Of a DNA stretch of 64,000 nt, positions 26,850 to 36,198 are shown in pieces. Source of the DNA: Planctomycetota bacterium. Its GTDB lineage: Bacteria > Planctomycetota > Phycisphaerae > Sedimentisphaerales > Anaerobacaceae. The number at the start of each line of letters is the position of its first letter. Within the stretch, counting starts at the first letter, position 1. A program made the translations under genes and the position numbers. The stretch lies in contig JADFMM010000002.1 of NCBI GenBank assembly GCA_022563885.1, forward strand, positions 6,786 through 70,785, in the 5' to 3' direction. The notes beneath the pieces are model-generated. The model searched no databases and was not told the origin of the DNA. It was given only the letters and a program-made list of their open reading frames with translations.

Positions 26850-28970
26850 TCAAGGAATAGTGATCGTTTCGTCGAGATTCAACAGGGTCGAGGCCACATC
26901 GAACCACGCCATGGGGTCGGGCTGCTCCACACCGCGCTCACGATAGATCTGGCGGGATTCGCCGAGCAGCGCCAGCAGCAGGTTCAACTCAGCCGTCTCA
27001 GGCAGCCGACTCGTGCATTTGCGAAACCCGAGTTTGAGGCGGCCAATGTCTCCACCTGCGGCGCTTTCCATCGACTTGCCTAATGCCTGCGCCGCATCCA
27101 CGTAAACGGGCCCGTTCAAGAGCGTGAGCGCCTGCAGTGGCGTGTTCGAGATGCGACGTTGCACGGTGCATGCCGTACGGGTGGGCGCGTCGAAGGCTGC
27201 GAAGGAGGGATTGCGGGCGCTGCGTCGGCGGATGCAGTAGATGCCGCGGCGATAGCGATCCACGCCTCGACTGGGTTGGTAGTTGTAGGCCTCGCCACCC
27301 ACTTTGCGCCAGAGGCCGTCGGGTTGCGGCGGGCGGACCGGCGGGCCGAACTGTTTGCGGCTCAGCAGGCCCGAAATCGCCAATGCATTGTCCCGTACAC
27401 CCTCGGCGTCGAGACGCAGGCGGGGAAAGTGCCAGAGCAGGCTATTGGCCGGATCCACGCGTGCGGCCCTCGAGTCACGGTCCATCGCGGCGGCCTGGAG
27501 GAAGGTCTGGCTGGTCACGATCAAGCGGAGCATGTGCTTCACATCCCAACCACTCTCGACAAACTCCACCGCCAGCCAGTCGAGCAGTTTGGGGTGCGTA
27601 GGCGGTTCACCCCTGACGCCGAGGTCTTCCTGGGTAGAGACGATCCCGCGACCCAACAGCTCGGCCCAAAGACGGTTCACGGTGACCCGGGCGATCAAGG
27701 GGTTTTTGTCGCTCACCAGCCATTGCGCGAGCCCGAGACGGTTCTTCGGGGCATCCTGGAGTCTCGCAAACAGGCGGGGTGTCGCCGTTGGTACCGGTGC
27801 ACCCGGTGCGAGGAAACTGCCCCGCTCGAGAATGTGGGTGGCGCGCGGTTCATCGCATTCCCGCATGACCAGGGTGCGACGATAGTGTCGGATCTTGCCC
27901 TTTTCCTGTTGTTCGGCGTTCGGATCATTGGGGTCCACGGTCTGTTCGTCAGCGACGGCCACGGTCTCGCCGGGCAAGGTGAAATAGGGGCCGGTAAAGC
28001 GCAGGGCCGCCTGGGCCTTTTCGTTTAGAAAGTCCGTCTCCCGGGGCGTGTTGTTGAAGAAGGCGAAGAGGCCGTAGTAGTCCTGCATCGTGAAGGGGTC
28101 ATGCTTGTGGTCGTGACACTGGGCGCATTCGAGCGTGACACCGAGCCAGACCGTCGCCGTGGTATTGACGCGATCGAAGATCTGGTTGACGCGTCCTTCC
28201 TCCTGGTCGGTGCCGGCTTCGACATTGGTCGGCGCGCAACGATGAAAACCGGTCGCGATCAAGGAGGCGATCTCCTCTTGCGAGAGTTCGGTCTCTGGGG
28301 GTTTGTTGACCAATAAATCACCGGCGAGCTGTTCGATCGTGAATCGGTCAAAGGGCATGTTGTCATTCAAGGCCTGAATGACCCAGTCGCGAAAGGGCCA
28401 GAGATCGCGCAGATCGTCGCGTTGGAATCCATGCGAGTCGGCATAGCGGGCGGCATCCAGCCAGGGGCGGGCCCAGCGCTCGCCGAAGTGAGGCGAGGCC
28501 AACAGTCGATCCACTGCCACCGCCACGGCCTTGGCAGGATCCGCTTCAAAGGCCCAGAGAAACCCATCCAGTTCGGCCAGGGTCGGTGGAAGGCCGATTA
28601 GGCTGAGGCTCAATCGCCGCAGGAGGATTTCGGGCGCGGCCCGTTCTGACGGTTCAAGATCGTTCTTTGCCAGCATCGCCCACATGAAAGCGTCAATCGG
28701 ATGCGTCGCTTGTGAATCTGTGGGCACTGTGGGTCGAATGGGGTTTTCGTAGGACCAATGAGGCCGTTTTGGCTTAAGCTCCGACAGACCGCGATGTGGT
28801 ATTGGGCGCGTCCATTTGTCCTCCTTTCCCGAGGCACCGGTCGAGATCGCGCCGAGGCCGGACTGAGGGCTGGACAAGTGTGAGACAGAGAAAAACACAC
28901 CCACCAGGATGAGTAAGCCCTGTGAGGTCGACTTCTGGACGATGGCGCGCATCGGAGGTCCGTTTGTCAA
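26850..28970 (-). CDS. DUF1549/DUF1553 (PSCyt2/PSD1) domain protein
   Basis: HPIDAFMWAML...LLRRLSLSLIGLPPTLAELD (DUF1549) and CAQCHDHKHDPFTMQDYYGLFAFFNN (DUF1553 core). It sits directly upstream of a DUF1501 gene, the canonical planctomycete pairing. Confidence 0.88.
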   Translation of the reverse strand: MTNGPPMRAIVQKSTSQGLLILVGVFFSVSHLSSPQSGLGAISTGASGKEDKWTRPIPHRGLSELKPKRPHWSYENPIRPTVPTDSQATHPIDAFMWAMLAKNDLEPSERAAPEILLRRLSLSLIGLPPTLAELDGFLWAFEADPAKAVAVAVDRLLASPHFGERWARPWLDAARYADSHGFQRDDLRDLWPFRDWVIQALNDNMPFDRFTIEQLAGDLLVNKPPETELSQEEIASLIATGFHRCAPTNVEAGTDQEEGRVNQIFDRVNTTATVWLGVTLECAQCHDHKHDPFTMQDYYGLFAFFNNTPRETDFLNEKAQAALRFTGPYFTLPGETVAVADEQTVDPNDPNAEQQEKGKIRHYRRTLVMRECDEPRATHILERGSFLAPGAPVPTATPRLFARLQDAPKNRLGLAQWLVSDKNPLIARVTVNRLWAELLGRGIVSTQEDLGVRGEPPTHPKLLDWLAVEFVESGWDVKHMLRLIVTSQTFLQAAAMDRDSRAARVDPANSLLWHFPRLRLDAEGVRDNALAISGLLSRKQFGPPVRPPQPDGLWRKVGGEAYNYQPSRGVDRYRRGIYCIRRRSARNPSFAAFDAPTRTACTVQRRISNTPLQALTLLNGPVYVDAAQALGKSMESAAGGDIGRLKLGFRKCTSRLPETAELNLLLALLGESRQIYRERGVEQPDPMAWFDVASTLLNLDETITIP

Positions 28971-29063
28971 AAAAAAAGAGAAACCCGGAATAATTCCACT
29001 GGATCTTTATGATACATACAACTAGGACTTATTCCAAACACTCTTCAATCGGGAGGTTCTGCA

Positions 29064-30338
29064 ATGAAGTTCGTATATGCGTTGACGGTGGCAACCCTCG
29101 TGTTTGCGCCCGGTTCGGTGGATGGTGCCGATTGGCCGGCCTTTCGGGGTCCTCAGGGCACCGGCCTATCGATCGACCCCTCCGCTCCTACCCATTGGGG
29201 TCCTGATCATAACATTGCCTGGAAGGCGCCCCTACCTCGTCCTGCCAATGGAAGTCCGATTGTTTCCAACGGCAAGGTGTTTGTCACCAGTGCCGAAGAC
29301 GAGGCGGGGAGACAACGCAGTTTGTACTGCTTCGGCCGACATTCCGGCACTAAACTCTGGGTCAAGACGGTCCATTTCGGCAAGAGAATGCCCACACACA
29401 AGACGAATCCGTATGGTGGATCAACGCCCGTTTCCGACGGTCAGCGCGTGGTGGTGTGGCATGGTTCCGCCGGACTCTACTGCTATGACATGAACGGAAA
29501 AGAACTGTGGTCGCAGGACCTGGGTGAGTTCAGACATATGTGGGGCTACGGGACGTCTCCCATTATTCACCAGGGAACCGTCATCCTGCATACCGGTCCG
29601 GGAAAACGCGAATTCATCTCCGCCTTTGATCTGGAGACGGGTCAACAGATCTGGGAAACCGAAGAATCGGCGGAAGGCGGCAATGGAGAAAAACGCGCGG
29701 ATGGCAAGTATAGGGGTTCCTGGAGCACGCCGGTTCTCGCCCATGTGAGCGGTAGAGACCAACTCATTCTGATGATGTCGAGTCGGGTGAATGGCTACGA
29801 CCCGAATTCCGGGGAACTGATTTGGACCGTCGACGGCCTGCGCCATGATCAGGGTGATTTGGCTTATTCATCGCCAGTGATTGCGGGCGATATCTGTTTC
29901 GTCACCGGTGGCTTTCAGGGCCCGGCCATGGCATTTCGTATCGGTGGTGACGGAAACGTCACGAAAACCAACCGGCTGTGGCGAAATGAGAAGAATCCCC
30001 AGAATATCGGCTCCGGAGTCTGCATCGACGGCTACGTGTACCGGCCCAATGCCGGGCCAGGCACCATCGATTGCCTAGACCCCAGAACCGGCGAGATTCT
30101 GTGGGAAGACCGTGGCGCCGGCGGGGACTACTGGGCTTCGATTGTCGGGGCGGGTGGATTGCTCTACGCCACCAATCAAAAGGGGACAACGCTCGTGTTC
30201 AAACCGAATCCGCGCGCGTATGAACAGGTGGCGGAAAACAAGCTGGGTGAGTCCACGAACGCCACACCGGCGATCTCTGACGGTCAAATCTTTGTCCGCA
30301 CCGCAGGCCACCTGTTCTGCATCCAGGATAAAAGTTGA
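29064..30338 (+). CDS. Secreted PQQ-like / BamB-like beta-propeller repeat protein
   Basis: Signal peptide then DWPAFRGPQGTG, followed by repeated G-x-L-W / V-x-A-x-D-x-x-T-G-x-x-x-W blades (e.g. AFDLETGQQIWE, GYDPNSGELIWT, CLDPRTGEILWE). Confidence 0.8.
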   Translation: MKFVYALTVATLVFAPGSVDGADWPAFRGPQGTGLSIDPSAPTHWGPDHNIAWKAPLPRPANGSPIVSNGKVFVTSAEDEAGRQRSLYCFGRHSGTKLWVKTVHFGKRMPTHKTNPYGGSTPVSDGQRVVVWHGSAGLYCYDMNGKELWSQDLGEFRHMWGYGTSPIIHQGTVILHTGPGKREFISAFDLETGQQIWETEESAEGGNGEKRADGKYRGSWSTPVLAHVSGRDQLILMMSSRVNGYDPNSGELIWTVDGLRHDQGDLAYSSPVIAGDICFVTGGFQGPAMAFRIGGDGNVTKTNRLWRNEKNPQNIGSGVCIDGYVYRPNAGPGTIDCLDPRTGEILWEDRGAGGDYWASIVGAGGLLYATNQKGTTLVFKPNPRAYEQVAENKLGESTNATPAISDGQIFVRTAGHLFCIQDKS

Positions 30339-30359
30339 GCGCCAGGCTCTTAGAATCCC

Positions 30360-30389
30360 TTGAATCCCGGTCAACTTTACGGATATAAT
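30360..30389 (+). promoter_or_regulatory. sigma70-like promoter candidate for the DUF1559 gene
   Basis: -35 TTGAAT (30360-30365), 18-nt spacer, perfect -10 TATAAT (30384-30389). Confidence 0.35.
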
Positions 30390-30524
30390 CGCTGATATCG
30401 ACAAGATTTAGTTGGCCAAAATAACCGCGGGGCCGGTATGATTGGGAGGGTGAAGGCTGGGCAACTGCTTTGTGAGCTCTCAGATGCTTCCCCTTGACAC
30501 TATATGATGAATGGAGACTTTAAA

Positions 30525-31397
30525 ATGAAACAGCGTGCTTTCACCCTGATCGAACTTCTCGTTGTCATTGCCATCATTGCCGTCCTGATGGGCATACTCA
30601 TGCCGGCCCTCAACAAGGTCAAGGAGCAGGCGCAAAGCTCCGTTTGCATGGGAAACCTCAGGGGCTTTACCCTGGCCGTGGCCATGTACGCCGGGGACAA
30701 CGACGACGAGTTCAGCGACTCCTTCGCGTGCTATTTCCGCACCGACCAGCGCCTGCCCGGAGAGACACCGGGGAACTATATTCATCGGCGCTGGTGCAAC
30801 GGAGAAGTCAATCTCAGACGCCATCCGGAGTTTGCCGGGGAGTTTTTCAAGTACCTTGCGGATGCCAAGAGCCTGATCTGCCCCACGTTCAAGGGCCTGG
30901 CAAAGAACAGGGATGTGAGAATCAGCAACGACGTCCAGACCGATAGTGGCAATTCCACTGACGTGAGCTTCTATGAACCCTGGCACAACTATACCCAAAA
31001 CGGTTACGTAGGCCCCAAGGGCAATGGGAGGGACGCCAACAGGTCTGGTGTCGTCCAGAAGACCATGCAGGTCAAGGATCCGGCCAACCTCTTTGTGTTC
31101 GCCGACGAGGGCCCCTTTACGCAAACCGGATACAACCGAGTGGGGCTCAACGACACCCGACTCTATGTCATCTTTGGAACCGTCGATGCCCAGAATGCGA
31201 TGAGACAGTTCAAAAGCAAGTACAACATCACCACCGGCCCCGATGGGGCATACGGCGAGTTTACCGACATTATCGCCGGCTTCCACAACGCCCCCTCTGG
31301 CAATGTCGTCGCCGGCAAGGGGAACTGTGCTTTTGTCGACGGGCACGTCGGTGCAGTCCAGCGCTTAGACAGCTTCGCCGTGTCTTGGCCTATATAG
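30525..31397 (+). CDS. DUF1559 protein with prepilin-type N-terminal cleavage/methylation domain (H-X9-DG family)
   Basis: MKQRAFTLIELLVVIAIIAVLMGILMPAL is the type IV pilin-like leader. The C-terminal ...GNCAFVDGHVGAV is the family DG motif. GGAG lies 8 nt before the ATG at 30525. Confidence 0.88.
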   Translation: MKQRAFTLIELLVVIAIIAVLMGILMPALNKVKEQAQSSVCMGNLRGFTLAVAMYAGDNDDEFSDSFACYFRTDQRLPGETPGNYIHRRWCNGEVNLRRHPEFAGEFFKYLADAKSLICPTFKGLAKNRDVRISNDVQTDSGNSTDVSFYEPWHNYTQNGYVGPKGNGRDANRSGVVQKTMQVKDPANLFVFADEGPFTQTGYNRVGLNDTRLYVIFGTVDAQNAMRQFKSKYNITTGPDGAYGEFTDIIAGFHNAPSGNVVAGKGNCAFVDGHVGAVQRLDSFAVSWPI

Positions 31398-31410
31398 CCG
31401 GTCCCCTAGT

Positions 31411-34400
31411 CTAATTGCGCCAGCCGGGTGACCCCATGAGTTCCCTGCTGGGCCGCCAGGAGGTCCTGTCGGATAGATTGCCGTCTACCCGCCGGGGCTC
31501 CACAACAACCAGGGAGAATCCATCACCGTCGGTCTCGGGATACCAAGCGTCGCTATAGCTGAAGATCTGAATGGTTTGCCCGGCTGGATCGTTCAGCTCG
31601 ATTGTCTCACCCCCGTTGTTTAGACTCCCCTCGTACTCGCCGGCGATGGGTGCATCGCTGCCATACTGACTCTCGAAGGCGACGCGATCCTTGACGACCA
31701 GGGTGCGCTCTCCCGGCTGCAGTTCCAGGGTCCCGAAGGTGAATCGAATCCCGTCCGTAAAATGCACCCGGTTGAGATCGATGGGATAGGTGCCCACGTT
31801 CATCAGCTCGATGAACTCGGCCTTCGCATCCGGCGGATGGTACATCAGTTCGGAGATCCGCAGGGATGCGAGGATTGGCCCGACTGAGAAAAAGCTCTCC
31901 GTCAGGGCACTCCACTGGTCTCGGAGTTTGATGCGGGCCTTGATGTGCACGCTCTGCGTGAGCGTGATGGGCCCGGTGTATATCTGAACAGGGTGTTTCG
32001 GGCCGTCGGAACGCAGGGTGCCGGCCTCCAGGGTGGCGTTGATCAGGAAATCGGAACTATCCAGGCTGGCATTCAATGCGTGGATCGCCAACAGGTTGTC
32101 TCCCCGGTCCAATGAACTCAAATAGGCCGAGACATCGATCGTCTCGAGGCCCGAGCGGGATCGACTCCTGCTTCCCTCTTCCGCAAGGGAATTCCATTGA
32201 GGAAACCCCTCTACGCGTCGCCGGGCGATTTCCGCACCGTTCAGATAGGCGACGAAGCCGTCATCATAGCGCATCCGTAGGAGCAACAACTGAAACGATT
32301 GGGGATCTGTGGTTACGTTGAAGGGGATACGGACCAGGCAACTGGGTGTGCGGTTGAGCATGTCGGCTTCTACATCCAGGCTGATCGCACTCGCGTAGAA
32401 TCCCCGCTGGTCGTACCCCACACCTCCAGGCAGTCCACTGACCCGCCGCCAACGTGAATCGGGGTAGTCGATTCGTTCCGACCAGCCTCTGGCTGCGGGC
32501 GCTGTCGGCAACAAGACGCGCTTTTCTGCCCCTGCCGTAAACAGGCTCTGGAAATCAAAGGCATCCAGGGGCACATCCAAGGCGGGATCCGATTCATCCA
32601 AGGTGTAGACTAGGCGTCCCCCGCTCGTCTCACTGGTCATGGACAGGCGTGCCCCGGCCGGGACCGCACCACCGAGGGTCATCATGCCATCCACCCGCAA
32701 GGTCGGTCCGGCAAAGGTGAATACCCCTTCCCGGCGGCAGGCTTCCAGGAAGACATCATGTCGGTTCGGTACCCAGGTGTTCAGGGCATAGAGATCCATG
32801 TTGGGGATAAACCTGCGCAACTGTTCCCGCATGTCCAGGAACCGCGGCTCGATATGGCCCGCCGTGATGACACCCTCGTGAAAGAGATGCTTGAAGACAC
32901 GATCTCCGAAGAGCCGCACAAACTCCGGATTCTGGGACAGTGCGTGATACAACATGCTATGGCCGTAGGTCGCATTGAGATTGATGTGCAGCTGATCGAA
33001 GACTACCTGATTCAGGCGATCGCCGAACATGGACCCTTCCGCATCCCAGACGAAGAAGCGCCATTGGCCGCTGTCCGATCGTTCGGCGGCTGCGGACCAG
33101 TTGTTGTGGGGCCAATCCCAATCGCCGGACCACAGGCGCAGGATCAGCGTATCGATGAATTCCACCAGGTCCAGACGCTCAACCACCGCATCATAGTTGT
33201 CTGGATTGCTCAAGTCCCGGCCCGCCATGGACATCAACGCATTCCAGCGGATGCGATCTCCCTCTCGGGTCCCACCGAACATCTCGACAATATCAAACTG
33301 TCCGCGCGAATCGAAACGGTCCCGGCAAAAGGCCTCATTGATATGTTCGCAGGGATTGAAATAGCCTTTGTACTGACCATTGATGAAGAGAGAGGCGAAT
33401 GTCCCCACACTGGCCGCGTGTCCCATGTCCTGGTGCAGCCGGCGTATCAATTCGTCCTTAATGAAAGGATTGGTGCGATCGTTGTGGCCCCCCCGCAACA
33501 CAATGCTCTTGTACCGATCGCTGCCCCCTGGAAAAAGAGGGTATTCCAGCCAATCCGGACCGTATTCATCTCGAAAATAGAGCCGCAAGCTGAACTTGTT
33601 GTTCCCGGTCCAGATCCCGTTACTACGCCGATAACGGGGACGCATCCATCCACTACCGTGTACGCGGAGACCGCAATCCGCCTGCAAGTTCGTGCCGCCG
33701 TTCGGATCCAGCCATTCGAAAGAAACGGGTCGTTCATAGCCCCTCACCAGCGCATTGTTGTAGCTGTTGGCGCCCGTGGGTGTCCAGACACCGTTGACAT
33801 ATTGACCGCCCACGATGGCCATCACGCCCTGCGGTTCGTAGAAGGTCTCCCTCTCGTCTCCTACCAGAGATATCACCGGCAGGGATTTGATCGTCTCACT
33901 GACATGAAGTAGATAGGTATGCGTCACCCGGGCCGCAGGTCGATATCCGGGCAGGATCGCGGCGACGCGTAGGCAGGTGGTACTCTTGATTGAAAAGGGA
34001 CCCATGTAGAGGCTCGCACCGGCGGCGACCGAGTCCCCCGAGACCAATGGGTCCGTGCCGTCCGTCGTATAGTAGATGGAGGCGCCCACCGTGTCACAGG
34101 TGATCTTGGCCGTGAAGCGTCGACCATAGAAACCGCGTTCGGGGCTGACCCGAGGCGTGGACACCGTTCCGAGATATCCTTCATCGTTGGGGAGTCCGGG
34201 AGTGGGCGCGATCATAAAGCGCCACTCCTCCGGCCGATCCCCCGCCCGACCATAGGAAGAGTCACCCGCTTGGGCAGGAAACGGAATCGCATCGATCAAC
34301 GTCAGGCCGTTCGGGGCATAGAGACCAAGTTCCTCACCTTCGGCATTCAGTTTAAACCCGGCGTGTAGTCCCTCGGCCGTGTCACCGTCCGCCCAGACAA

Positions 34401-34713
34401 TCAGGTATTGCCTGGAAGAGATGCGAGTCAAGTGGGGCATTCCGAGGGGGAATTGCCACTTGGTGGGCTCATCCAGGTCGTCCGTCAGATAGAATCCGGC
34501 CAGATCCACCGTGCGTCGATCGGGATTGTAGATCTCGATCCAATCGTCGAATTCTCCCTGTGGATCCGGACAGCACCCGCCGTTGGAAGCCATCAATTCG
34601 TTTAGGACGAGAGACATGGCCGCCTCCTGTCCCCACGAGCAGACATGCGCGCTACTCAGGATTACCAACACGGTGCCAATTCGAGCCAGCATTCTATCCC
34701 CTTCTGTCTGCAC
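31411..34713 (-). CDS. Secreted CotH kinase-family protein flanked by lamin-tail domains
   Basis: Signal peptide; N-terminal LTD (LVLNELMASN...DDWIEIYNPDRRTVDLAGFYLTDD); Fn3-associated/chitobiase-C-like segment (IYYTTDGTDP); CotH core (ERPVSFEWLD...KFSLRLYFRDEYG...SIVLRGGHND...LFINGQYKGYF); C-terminal LTD (LRISELMYHPPD...EFIELMNVG...VHFTDGIRFTF). Confidence 0.85.
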   Translation of the reverse strand: MQTEGDRMLARIGTVLVILSSAHVCSWGQEAAMSLVLNELMASNGGCCPDPQGEFDDWIEIYNPDRRTVDLAGFYLTDDLDEPTKWQFPLGMPHLTRISSRQYLIVWADGDTAEGLHAGFKLNAEGEELGLYAPNGLTLIDAIPFPAQAGDSSYGRAGDRPEEWRFMIAPTPGLPNDEGYLGTVSTPRVSPERGFYGRRFTAKITCDTVGASIYYTTDGTDPLVSGDSVAAGASLYMGPFSIKSTTCLRVAAILPGYRPAARVTHTYLLHVSETIKSLPVISLVGDERETFYEPQGVMAIVGGQYVNGVWTPTGANSYNNALVRGYERPVSFEWLDPNGGTNLQADCGLRVHGSGWMRPRYRRSNGIWTGNNKFSLRLYFRDEYGPDWLEYPLFPGGSDRYKSIVLRGGHNDRTNPFIKDELIRRLHQDMGHAASVGTFASLFINGQYKGYFNPCEHINEAFCRDRFDSRGQFDIVEMFGGTREGDRIRWNALMSMAGRDLSNPDNYDAVVERLDLVEFIDTLILRLWSGDWDWPHNNWSAAAERSDSGQWRFFVWDAEGSMFGDRLNQVVFDQLHINLNATYGHSMLYHALSQNPEFVRLFGDRVFKHLFHEGVITAGHIEPRFLDMREQLRRFIPNMDLYALNTWVPNRHDVFLEACRREGVFTFAGPTLRVDGMMTLGGAVPAGARLSMTSETSGGRLVYTLDESDPALDVPLDAFDFQSLFTAGAEKRVLLPTAPAARGWSERIDYPDSRWRRVSGLPGGVGYDQRGFYASAISLDVEADMLNRTPSCLVRIPFNVTTDPQSFQLLLLRMRYDDGFVAYLNGAEIARRRVEGFPQWNSLAEEGSRSRSRSGLETIDVSAYLSSLDRGDNLLAIHALNASLDSSDFLINATLEAGTLRSDGPKHPVQIYTGPITLTQSVHIKARIKLRDQWSALTESFFSVGPILASLRISELMYHPPDAKAEFIELMNVGTYPIDLNRVHFTDGIRFTFGTLELQPGERTLVVKDRVAFESQYGSDAPIAGEYEGSLNNGGETIELNDPAGQTIQIFSYSDAWYPETDGDGFSLVVVEPRRVDGNLSDRTSWRPSRELMGSPGWRN

Positions 34714-35160
34714 CTCGATTCACCAGCCCTTCACACGCTGGAACAGATCAGGCCGGAACTTTCACCGTCCCTGGGCAACCACCTTGCGTCACCGGCGACC
34801 AGTAAGACATCAACAGAGATCCCGGGGACCCCAGACCGACCCCCAACGATACCATTGTAACAGAAAGGGCAAGAGACCAATAGAGGACGGGCCTAGGCAG
34901 AGCGAGACTTGTCTCTCTCCAGCGGCTCGGACCAGTACGCGGCAATCTGCCAGCTCAATACCTTGGACATTCGATATTGGATATTCGTCTTTTAGGGTCT
35001 GGACCCATTCTGGGAAGCTTCACTCTTGCAAAAGACTGAATAACCAATGTCGAACAAGACCACTGACGAAGGAAGGGTCAACAAGCACGTGGTTTTTAAT
35101 TCTAGACGCTGCCCCCTTGCCACAGCTTCCAACCCGCAATCCCAACTCCGAAATCCGCAA

Positions 35161-36198
35161 TCATTCATCAGCCTCGTCATTCGGCTCATCTACCTGCTCG
35201 TAGATCTCGGCGATCTGGTAGAGAAGGGGTTCTAGCCTTTCGTAGTAGATCTCAGCGGGGATCTCTGCTTTTTGTTCACGGAGCTGCATGATCTCCAGTT
35301 CCAGTCGGTTGCGATCGGCGCGGAGGTCCATGCTGAAGCCGGCTTCGCTTTGACTGGGGATCAGGTGGAACTGATGGGCTCGGTAGCCGTCCAGCGAGGC
35401 GTTGTCCGCCGCCTTTTTTTTGGGGTGAATGCCGCGAAACCAGTCGGCGGGGGTGCCTAGGCCGTCGCCGGTGTCGTCCAGCAGGGCGTGCTCCGTGACG
35501 AGGCGCCCCTCCGTGCGGTAGAATTCCACCACGTGGTGGGCGGCGCTGAGGTAGGCCTCCAGCAGGGAGGTCTGACCATCTTTGTCGAGATCGGCCTCGG
35601 GCTCCAGAATCGCTTTGGCCAGGTCACCGGCGAAGCGTGTGACATTGCGTTCGAAGCCGCTCTTGGTGGCGGTGATGACCACGCGGTTGGCCGCCGATAG
35701 CTTCTTGAGGAAGGGGGAACTGGAGGAGGCGCAGTTGATCAGCGCCATGGGCACTCGGATGGGGGCCAGCCAGTGGGCCAGTTCGGTGGCCGTGACATCG
35801 GGGCCCCGCAGATTGAATTTGGCGTGTCTACCGTCAAAAGTGCCGTGGCCGATGAGGACGAGCCAAAGGGTGTGGGTGTCGGATCGCTTCGCTTGGGAGG
35901 CCAGGATCTGCTTCAGGCGGGCGCGATCGGTTTCGTCGGGATCCTCTTCCAGTCCCAACGAGATGAATTTTGCCTTGCCTCGGGCACAGCCCTCTTTCCA
36001 GCGCTGGGCGGCCTGTGTGAATTGCGCTTGGTAAATGTCTGTTCCCGGTGCGCCAACGACGACGATGACGACCTGCGTGGGTTCTTCTGACACGGCGTTC
36101 GGTTCGAGGGCCAATGCCGGCAGACCCAAGGCCCACGCGGCGACGATCAGGCAAGCGAGACGCCTCACGGCATGCCCTTCCAACGGCGCAGCGCCCAT
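35161..36198 (-). CDS. Clan CD cysteine peptidase-like protein (legumain/C13-like His-Cys dyad) with C-terminal coiled coil
   Basis: Signal peptide. A hydrophobic strand plus His-Gly (LWLVLIGHG) is followed 42 residues later by a hydrophobic strand plus Cys (PMALINCASSS). This is the spacing and context of the caspase/legumain dyad. Last gene of the MoxR operon. Confidence 0.55.
   Translation of the reverse strand: MGAAPLEGHAVRRLACLIVAAWALGLPALALEPNAVSEEPTQVVIVVVGAPGTDIYQAQFTQAAQRWKEGCARGKAKFISLGLEEDPDETDRARLKQILASQAKRSDTHTLWLVLIGHGTFDGRHAKFNLRGPDVTATELAHWLAPIRVPMALINCASSSSPFLKKLSAANRVVITATKSGFERNVTRFAGDLAKAILEPEADLDKDGQTSLLEAYLSAAHHVVEFYRTEGRLVTEHALLDDTGDGLGTPADWFRGIHPKKKAADNASLDGYRAHQFHLIPSQSEAGFSMDLRADRNRLELEIMQLREQKAEIPAEIYYERLEPLLYQIAEIYEQVDEPNDEADE

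Noticed and set aside
30493-30526. TTGACA at 30494-30499 followed by TAAAAT at 30521-30526, as a promoter for the DUF1559 gene.
   Set aside because: The spacer is 21 nt, and the -10 would overlap the ATG at 30525. The upstream TTGAAT-18-TATAAT at 30360-30389 is the better candidate.
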